From assembly GCF_009914755.1 (NCBI RefSeq), contig NC_060927.1: a stretch of DNA of 64,000 nt; one strand, written 5' to 3'. Within the stretch, counting starts at the first letter, position 1. The number at the start of each line of letters is the position of its first letter. Made by a program: the position numbers and the translations under genes. This document shows positions 54,555 to 64,000 of this stretch, one piece after another. This DNA comes from the human T2T-CHM13v2.0 reference genome, Homo sapiens. A model generated the notes under the pieces. That model ran no database searches, had not been told where the DNA came from, and was given only the letters and a program-made list of their open reading frames with translations.

Positions 54555-56467
54555 TTCATGAAGACATTATTATATTTATAAATATAAATGAAATATTCTA
54601 GACTGGTACATGATATAGATAAAAATATAAAGAATGATAATTTGCCTTAACTAAGAATAAAAGGCAGTTTCTTTAGGGAATTCATAGACAGCGTGACCTC
54701 AAGCATTTTTGCAAAATATATTCTTAAAAGTTTACTGATAAAAAATGAGCATCAATATTATTTGTTGTCAGTTAGGAAAAAAAAACCCCAGCTTTTCCTA
54801 ACAGCAATTCTGGAAATGCAGTTTGGCTCTTCTTAGGGAAACTTAAAACTTTAACCAAGATCTAGGCCTTTTTTAATGGCCACTCAAGTATTCAAGAACA
54901 TAGATGGCTTTCTTTGTTTTCTGATTTGTCTGAATTTTACTAATTGCAAAAATCAATAGACTTAAACACTTTCTTGTTTAGCAAATATGTAATGTACTTT
55001 TATGACATACACCATTTTACAAATACCAGAAAGCAACAATATCAAATACAGTTAAAGGAAAATGCAACTAGTTCTCTTCGAAGCATTCAATGAAACATAA
55101 TTTTTTATAGGTTTCAAGTACAGTGACATTTTTAGACAATAAAGCTAATGCTTGCTTGTTTTGTTTTTTATTTTAAAAATATAGGTTTATCTGCATTAAT
55201 AAAAGCTCTGATAATATATATGTGTATGCATGTACGTATATTGCATACTATGGCACATATTGCATAACATGTGCGACACACACAAACACAATTTCTGGCA
55301 TTTAAAAGGCAGAGTTAGAACAAATAAATACAAAAAGGGTCTTTGTGCCACACCCTTGTGATTTCTGAAAAGAAATCATGAATCAGGAAACAGATAACCT
55401 CTTGTCTTACACTTTTAAATTTCTGTGGTGGTGTTGGTCATATTTTTTATTCTACTCTAATTTGGGATTGGAATTTTCAGTGTGTTATCACTTTATCAAA
55501 CTTTGAAAATCAGATACATACTTAATAATAAATAATACATTCTGTATTAACATACTTCAAGGAGGAATATTAGTGAGTGCATGTGCCTGGAAGAAAAACG
55601 CCTCTTTAACTTCTTCCCTGGCTCTCTTCCAATTTAAATCCCGTATACAGCTCTATTACGCTGTCGTTTCCACCTACATACCCTCAGAGTTCTAGTGAAA
55701 ACTACATCAAAAATACAGGCATTAATGTACAGAAAAGTTCCCTTCTATTGCCATTAGTCTTATTATATTCTGAACTGCCTAATTTTATATATATGACAAT
55801 ATAGACACATTGACTGTGCTAGAAAACCTCACTAGAAGAAGCCACTTGACACTGGGAGTTTAAGGGAAAAGGCAGTAAGAATTATAAGATGTGAGACAAA
55901 GGCAGAGAACAGCATTAGCCACACTCGCTGTTCTTACAGTGGAAATTACCCACCCTGGGTACTGAGTTTAATTGCTGCAAACAGCTCCAGAAGGCTGCAC
56001 TTTCATCCCCATTGTAGGTCAATGAGCATATTTGCATGGTAGAAATTATTAGCAACTAGGCCTGTCCCCAGGAGAGTATCCATGATGCTATTCACAGACC
56101 ATTAACAGCAGAGTTCACCCATGACTAGCAGAGGCTGTGAAGAAATGCTCTCTCCTTGGGAGCAACCATTAGTGGACGAATGCCATTCTCTTCAGACATA
56201 TATATATTTTTTAATATACTTGTGCGACTCTTAAGGATTTTTAATAAAACTTTGTAATAAACCTAAACTAGGCATGTTACTGGAGCACTTCTTAGTTTTT
56301 TTAGATAAGCCGTTTCATAAACCCTTACTTGTCCTTTCAGGTAGAAGTAAGAGCGAGATTTTTGTTGTTATTGTTGATTTTCTAGAAAACTTTTGATGGA
56401 CCAGCATAGATGAATGGAATCACTTCACCAAATCAATCCTACCCAATGGAGGAAAAAGTAAAAACAA

Positions 56468-56596
56468 AAAGGGAAAGCAAAGAGAAGGCTACATTGTTTT
56501 ATATAAAAATGTAACAATAGCTTGCTGGGACAGAAAGGGAAAACAAAGAGAAGGCTACATTGTTTTATGTAAAATTGTAACAATAGCTTGGCTGGG
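56468..56596 (+). repeat. Tandem duplication, period about 66 bp
   Basis: AAAGGGAAAxCAAAGAGAAGGCTACATTGTTTTATxTAAAAxTGTAACAATAGCTTG(G)CTGGG occurs twice, starting at 56468 and 56534. Confidence 0.95.
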
Positions 56597-56892
56597 CCCG
56601 GTGGCTCGTGCCTCTAATCCAAGCACTTTGGGAGGCCAAGGTGGGTGGATTACCGGAGGTCAGGACTTTCTGACCAGCCTGGCCAGCATGATGAAACCCC
56701 GTCTTGACTAAAAACACAAAAAATTAGCCGGGGGTGGTGGCAGGCACCTGTAATCCCAGCTACTCGGGAGGCTGAGGCAGGAGAATCGCTTGAACCTGGG
56801 AGGCATAGGTGCATTGAGCCGAGATTGTGCCATTGCACTCCAGTCTGGGCAACAAGAGCACACTCTGACTAAAAAAATTAAAAAAATAAAAA
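56590..56892 (+). mobile_element. AluSq-like, full length
   Basis: Complete dimer; CCATTGCACTCC and GGGCAACAAGAGC diagnostics; A-tail. Confidence 0.96.
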
Positions 56893-56999
56893 GTACAGTA
56901 GCCATACTTAGGAACATATATGTTTATCACAATAGGTGAGGATTCAGGTACGTTATTCTTAGAGAGAGTTTCTGTTAGATGAAGAAGAATCAAAAGAAG

Positions 57000-57031
<32 letters not shown>

Positions 57032-57038
57032 ACACACA
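57000..57038. repeat. (CA)n microsatellite
   Basis: Directly visible. Confidence 0.95.
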
Positions 57039-57619
57039 TTTCCCCTGAACATGAAGAAAGAGAAACAATAGAAGACCGTGGCCAATGAAGAGGGTTACTA
57101 AAACCAGATTCTTAGGCATCAGAGAAGCAAGTGGCTAAATGGACTAGTTCAGGGCAAATTTTAGTTCCTTATCTCTATTTTCTCACCCCAAAGACTCTTC
57201 AGAAATAGGAAAATGATACAGGCAACTGCAAAGATTTTATATAATAAAGATTTCTGATATTATGTCTGAAAATAGAGGGAATTCTTTTTTAACTGAAAAT
57301 TTGGTGACGTGTCTGGCTATGCACATGTATACATGTTGTGTGTGTATTTGTATAAATGTGTATTTTACACAATCATGGCCATTTATGATTGCTTTAACTA
57401 TCTAACTCTTTGATTAGAGTTCATACTATTTGTATTAAAGATGTTCTGTTGGAATTTTTGAGGGGCAAAATAGTGGTAGAAAACTCGAAAAATTCTTAAG
57501 TGCTGAATCATGATATGTATTTTCTTCAGTTCTCATACAAATCTACACTTTATACTCTTCTGCAAAACTTAGACCATAATTCAGTACCATGTGTACTATA
57601 CAATGTATAATGTACAATT

Positions 57620-58050
57620 ACTTTTACAATGATGTAATAGTAATGTTTTCTATAAAAAAGTTAACCTCAGTAGCATCAATAAATCTAAGATAGTTGGATA
57701 TCTATGTCTGCTCGAATTAACTGGATTTGTTCACACATCTGTAGTTCAATTAGCTATTGGTTAGTCTAATAGGGCACCAGCCTCACATGAGTAAAATATG
57801 ACTGCTCTGTGTGCATCTTGCTTTTAACAGTCTAGGTGGTGTACGTCCTTCTCATGGTGGTGGCAGAGAAACTAGCACAAACAGAAATATGCAAACATTT
57901 TATTAAGCCTCTGCTTGTAGCATACCTTCTAGAATTTCAGTAGCCAAAACCAATCATGCAACCAAGACCGGAGACAAAATGAGAGCTTTGCAAAGCTATG
58001 TGACATAAGGCATGGATTGAAGAAGTGAAAAAGAAGAGCCTTTAATCTCA
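57620..58050 (-). mobile_element. MLT1 (I/J-like) LTR remnant
   Basis: TTCTCATGGTGGTGGCAGAG...GAAATATGCAA...TAAGCCTCTGCTTG...GCCAAAACCAATCATG...TGCAAAG...GGCATGGAT. Confidence 0.7.
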
Positions 58051-61000
58051 CTTTATGCAACAATTTTATTTCTTTTCTTTCAATATATACCCAGCCTTAA
58101 AAAGTCAAATATGTTGCAGAGTATATATCATCTATGCCTTTTGAAACATTCTGTCCTTCACAATGTAAACTATGAAAATGGAAACATAGTAGGTATATAG
58201 TAAATATTACTGATCATTTGAAATTCTGAACTTTTTATGAAATTTACTTCAGTTTTAGAAAGTGGAGACAGATGTAGCCAGGCTTCTGAACATTTTTGAT
58301 TGCAGTGGTTCAGATGTGACTTCTTCTGGTTCTCACTGTCAGCCATTCTGAGGGAAAGAATTAAAAAAAAAAAAAGTTGAATATCACCAAATCGATCTCT
58401 TGCTACATCAGTTTCAAAGGAACTGCAAAAAATGTCGAAATTTAGAAAACCTAGTTCAGCAAGTGACTTCTCAACTCTTTCACCTTCAGGTCACGTTATT
58501 ATTCATTCTACTAAGAACCAGACCATTAAAAATGGGATGATGCTCTTTAGAAATCTACCTATATGTGGATTTTAATCTAGGGTATCTTATAAACTTTAAT
58601 GTGTTCTTTTGATAAATTGAGGCAAATCAGAAGGCCTATTTTAGGGTTCTACCTCCCACCTTACAATAGTAAATTATGTTTTTTTAGGTCACTCATCTTT
58701 AAAAAAGAATATGGTAAAAAACATATATTTTTAAAATTTCTACTGATACTGCATTGGTGATTAAAACAGAAAATTAAGACAGAAATGGTCAACACAAATG
58801 ATGCTTTCAATATTTATTTACGTACCTCATTTTTTCATTTTAGAGTATTAAAATATCAAAATTATACAATCTTTTTAAATATAAAATTTAACGTAATAAT
58901 GTTTTGATGACAATTGTAACTGAATTAAACCTTTAGTGTTTATATTTGCCTAATAGGCACCATGGGATAATAGAGAAAGGAAAAGTAAAGGAAAATTAAA
59001 GCAAGTAGGAGTATTTCAAATCTAAATATGAGATAACTAATATGGGAAATAAAGTCAGTATTGATCAATACAAAAGAGTTAGCTGTTAAAGCTTGTAAAA
59101 TTATGAATATAAGGTCGTTCTAGAATAATTGTGAAAGATTCCATGAAAAACAAAATAGTGCAAAATTGAGCACACTCTTCAAAGTAATGTGGAGATCTAG
59201 CAACATTGTTAGGAAGGGAGGATTAAGCTATGTCTTGAGAAGAAAAATTTAGGATGCATAAATTTGACTAAAGAGAAACAAATATTTTGGAAAGAATAAC
59301 ATATTTCTAGTATTGGAATATCGTATGTAGGAAGTTTAGAAGTTTACCATGCTATACTTTTTTATTTGATGCCCCTAACGTTTCTGAATGCTGCATGCCA
59401 CCCCTACTAAACTTTCAGTACCAACGTCAATTACACCTCTTTTGAGATATCATTTCTCAGACAGGAAGAATAACTGTTATCCACTGACTATTTTGCACTA
59501 TAGTGCTTGTAAACATCCTTGCCACTAAAATTAATGAGAAAATCCCGGGGGAAAAAAAGGAAAACTGAATCCTCTACTACATTCTACTTAATGATTTTTT
59601 TCCCCTCAGTTATTTGATGCTGTTTATTGAATTACCCAACCTGCAGAACTATTATAATTCACCAGTAATCCAATATCCTGAGCTAGTCTGTTTAAAAGCA
59701 AAAAGTATATCATAGATTTATTGACACCCACAAGACTTAGAACTCAATACTATATGTGCTGTTTGACATTCTGTCTAATAATCTGATATGCCACAAACAC
59801 GTGTAGGTTTTCACACATATCATATTTTCCTGCCAACCTAAGGACAAATTGCCTTACTATTTCGCTTCACTATGACCAGTCCACTTCCCCATTCTATGCC
59901 ATTTTATTCCATTTTTACCTCATAAATGAAACATTGTTCTAAATTCTAGACACAGGGTACAACATTGGCATCCTAGAAAACTCCCTTGTCTTGGGTGGAT
60001 CTTGCCCTAGTATCAATATAGAACCTGAAATGTGTAGAAAGTCCTCTTAGGATTATTTTTCAATAGTTTTCATTGATATGCTTTGTACAGTGATTTGGAC
60101 CTTTACTGGTTATCATGAGGATCAAGACCAAAGGGGACATGAAAAACAAATTGAAGAGCAAACCTCAAAGGCATAATACAAAACTGAAGTTCCTGAGATT
60201 AGATGTCAATGCAGGTACCATCCCTTAGATTGGTCCTAGAAGTTCTAAGGAAAGGCAAAAGAATTAAAAAATGATCAGGAGATCACCTGAAAGAACATCA
60301 ACCTACATTGAGCTGTAATGATAAATTGAAATATAAAAGCTAAATTGAGAATGTCAGAGCCAAATTATCTAAGACATGATAATAACCCAGACCATTGACT
60401 CTAAAGCAAGGAATTATAGATGGAATATAGAAGTAGCAAATTTAAGAAAATGAAAATGGCAACATTAGCATGTGTTATTGTAATTTAGTGCATTAAAAGA
60501 TTAATATAATTATCAGGTTTGGATTACTTTTTAGTAGCAAATGATGGAATGACAAATGACAAAGATGTATTACAGGTCTTGCTCGACCTCCAAGTCTGAA
60601 CAGTTGTTCCACTACAACAGTCATCAGGATAAATCAGCGTGGACCATACGAGGCTGGGATCTCTGTGGCAAAATTTAGTTCAGATAATTTTGAAGTTTTG
60701 ATTAAAAATAAGATGTTGAAACAATGGATACGACATCACATATGAGTTAAAAATCTATGGAGATGGAGAGTACAACCTTAATTTCTGCACAGTTTTCAGT
60801 GCAATAAGACCTTTGGCAAAAAGAAAAGTATTTCTAGAAGTTGTTACTATTGCACACTTCGGGAGCTGAAAATTGTTCATTCCTATCTGAATCCTGGATT
60901 ACTAGGATCCACCAAAGCCAAATATACCTGAAACATTATCATGGAGACAATTCTATAAGATGCTCTTCAAAAATATATCCTTCAAATAGTCTACCACTTT

Positions 61001-61942
61001 TAATATAAAATTTTATGCTCAAAACATGTACAATGAGTTGGAATGTAGAAGAATTGTTCTGAAATATGGACACTGATCTAAGACCCAACTACCTTGAGGC
61101 AGCCCAGAACCACAGGAGGATCTAGTTAGCCACTGGGACAAAACTCCAAATGTTGTACATATTAGTGAAATAATACACCTTCTACAGATGTTTTTCCAAC
61201 TAGAAAACTAAGAGCACACACTGTCACTTAAGTCATACTCCCACGAGGTAGAGGAGGCTTGCCAAACCTAATTAATCTACGGTTCAAAAAGAAATGTGTG
61301 CACACCCAGCCTAAATAACAGCTAAACAAGATAACAGAGCTGACAGCAATACTTGGACAAGATTAAGAGCCACTCAGAAGAAATACCAAGACCTAAAGTC
61401 TACAGAAGAGGGCTAGTGTAGCAGAATTAGCTAAGAATGAGTTCTAATGGGGGAAGTTACTGTACAAGTACTGCCTCTAATATGGCAGAGTTATGATGGG
61501 CCAAAGATGATAATTCACACCAATAAACTCACCTCAGGGACTCTGATGTCCCAATCTCAGTCTTTTACTGTTCCAAAAGTGATGCACTTCTCAATTCTTA
61601 ATAAAGAATATAATATTTTATTAAATCCCAAATTACTATAAAAACATCATTCTATTTATGCTGGAATCTTACAAATTTCACATACTATTCCATCATATTT
61701 CTTCTAATTCTGCTTCCACTCTTTTCTCTTTCTTTGCTTCCCTTATATTCTCTGCCTGAATTCATCCTCTCTCACTCTTTCATTTTCTTTCCTCCTATTG
61801 TTTATTGACAATATTTATTTAGTGTATGCTGGAGTTGATCTTATAGGCTAATCAACTGTGTCATATCTGTAAACATATGTTTCTAACTCTTAGCTATTGC
61901 CATCATTGCTCAAACAACTGATTTTTAATCAAATGTGTATGG

Positions 61943-61966
61943 ATATATATATATATATATATATAT
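61943..61966. repeat. (TA)n microsatellite
   Basis: Directly visible. Confidence 0.95.
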
Positions 61967-61998
61967 TTTTAAATAAATATTTACTATGTATTTACTGT

Positions 61999-62124
61999 AG
62001 GGTGGGTCTGCCTCTCCCAGTCCACTGACTCAAATGTTAGTTTGAGTCCTTTGGCAACACACCCAGGAACAATACTTTGGATCCTTCAATCCAGTCAAGG
62101 TGACACTCAGTATTAACTGTCACA
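61999..62124 (-). mobile_element. MLT2A1-like LTR, 5' fragment only
   Basis: GGGTGGGTCTGCCTCTCCCAGTCCACTGACTCAAATGTTA...CAATACTTTGGATCCTTCAATCCAGTCAAGGTGACACTCAGTATTAACTGTCACA. Confidence 0.92.
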
Positions 62125-63919
62125 CAATAACACAGTTGAGTAGCTGGCCCTCTAAAGCCAAAATATTTATTATGTGTTTTTTTTTTTTTCATTAAAATCT
62201 TGCCTACTCCTGGTGTAGCTATTTTTGGGAGAAGGAACATTTTCATATATAGTACTCTCTTTGTTTGTGGATTTACTAATTTATTGCAAAAAAATAAGTA
62301 TAAACTAGATTCCACTTGGCATTATAAAAGTAAAGTCAAATTGACAATAGCCCTTGCCATCAAGTAGTATATATTAGCTAGAATATAGTTAGAATACAGA
62401 GAATCTAGAGACAGGCTGAAAACTGCACACAGTGTAACCTGCCAAGAAACTCCCTAAGTTGAATTAGCCAATGAAACATTCTACTTTAGCATTGGTTCTA
62501 ATATGTGTATTTCCATTACATATGTGCATATATAATGTATATACAAATATACATATTAATACACGCATATAAAATGGAAATAGAGGTATTAGAAATGGGT
62601 GTGTGTATATATGTATACATAAATATGTATATATTTTGTTTTCAATTTATTTTCAAATAGTTCAAGAATACTGTGCTTTTATTTTTATGTGGGCAACTTG
62701 TAAGCCTTGTGCACCAGGGCTCTTTAAATCTACCTGGTCACTTGGGAAGGCATCATTTTTAGACTCAAAATGGAAAGGGAATTCAAAACTTATTTGATCA
62801 ATTATCTTTATAAATGCAAAATAATTATTTTCTTCCTTTATATGACTCAAAGATAAAATATACTCTAAAATCTCATTTGAGTCTACAGAGGGTAAGGTAC
62901 AGATTTTAATGCAATGAGCCAAGGCACGAAAATCAGAATCCACTTATTTTAGAATGCAAGAAAGATGGCTATTGCTTTTTTTAATTTAATCAGGAACAGC
63001 CCAATATTTAGCTTCCACTGGTATTAAGGCAGTAATAATTTCAGTAATTTAGATTCTCCACAAAGCTTGTTCTCTAGATTTCTATACATAGAAGTAGTTG
63101 TAGGAGAAATCTCATAACTTTACTAGAATTCACCTTTATATGGAAGCTGAGGCAACTGTCAGTAATCTTTGTAAGTGTCCTTGGTGACTGCCAGTAACTT
63201 TCCTCCAACTTCTGTTCATTGATCTATAGTCTTAGCTAACCATAAGTGTATTTCTGAATTTTCTCTCTGTGTCAAGCATTTTATAAATCTAGTGAAAAGA
63301 GTGTGATTGCAACAATATCCATTGCCTCAAAATAGGTGACCAGGACATTCCAGAAATTATTACCTTCTTGGCAAATTGTATGAATGCCCTCTTGTCATCT
63401 GTTAGGGGGCAGAGAATAAGGAGTGTGAAATAGGATTTCAATTTGATAAAAATTTAGGTTTTATGTATGATCACTCAGTAAAGGGTTTTTTTTTCCTATT
63501 GAAACAAATTGTGATTGATCACAGTTGCAGAGCTATAAAATTTATTTCTTAATTTATGTAATAATTGCTGAATTTCATGTTATTTTGATTATTCTATTGT
63601 TTCCCCTCTTTGGCATATCAAATTTTTGCACCAAGACTTGGCGAGTGAGTGGGCGATTTCAGTGAAATTTTATTTGGGATGTACGTAAACTCATTCTGTT
63701 ATGAAACTAAGTACAAAGGAGTTAAGAGATAATAAGGGGTGCAGTTATTAGCCCAAGGCAGTTGCCTCGAATCACTAATTTCCACCAGATTTGATATGAC
63801 TTTATGACTCATTCAGGGATCATTTTTTATTCATAGACCTGTAGTTGAGCAAATAAGACCTTCTACATTTGCCTGACAGTTCAGTGTTTTTGAGATACCT
63901 ACATCTCTTGCTTTCATGT

Positions 63920-64000
63920 CTCTCTTCACTTTCTATCCCCAATCTTTCACAATTATCACATCGCATGGTACTTGGTACATAGCAGGTGTTTTGGAATAAT
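63920..64000 (+). mobile_element. L2/MIR 3' terminus
   Basis: GCATGGTACTTGGTACATAGCAGGTG terminal motif. Confidence 0.45.

Overview
This is primate, most likely human or great-ape, nuclear DNA: AT-rich, CpG-poor, and carrying AluY/AluS and a young L1PA 3' end. I find no supportable protein-coding gene, RNA gene or CpG island, so it reads as a gene desert or deep intron. The ORFs in the track are noise or lie inside repeats. The exceptions are decayed ERVL pol remnants (about 48.9-50.5 kb, minus strand) and a decayed hAT-Charlie transposase N-terminus (about 19.2 kb). The window is a layered transposon record: old L1M/L1ME, HAL1, L2 and MIR; DNA transposons (MER5, MER33, MER53, MER58/Cheshire); solo LTRs with readable target-site duplications (TSDs); two truncated ERVL-class proviruses; six Alus; and two L1PA 3' ends. 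The most notable structures are: (1) a ~365-bp palindrome with an AT-rich centre at 34.8-35.15 kb, where all 8 arm mismatches are A/T on the left and G/C on the right; (2) a perfect 25-bp-stem hairpin at 54.5 kb; (3) a nested Alu/Alu/L1 stack at 36.6-37.4 kb containing an apparent L1 3' transduction with its own AATAAA and second poly(A); and (4) three separate fold-back inversions, each with an adjacent short tandem duplication. I cannot support a new multi-gene biological system here. Repeat subfamily names come from recognising consensus motifs by eye, and old-element boundaries are approximate.
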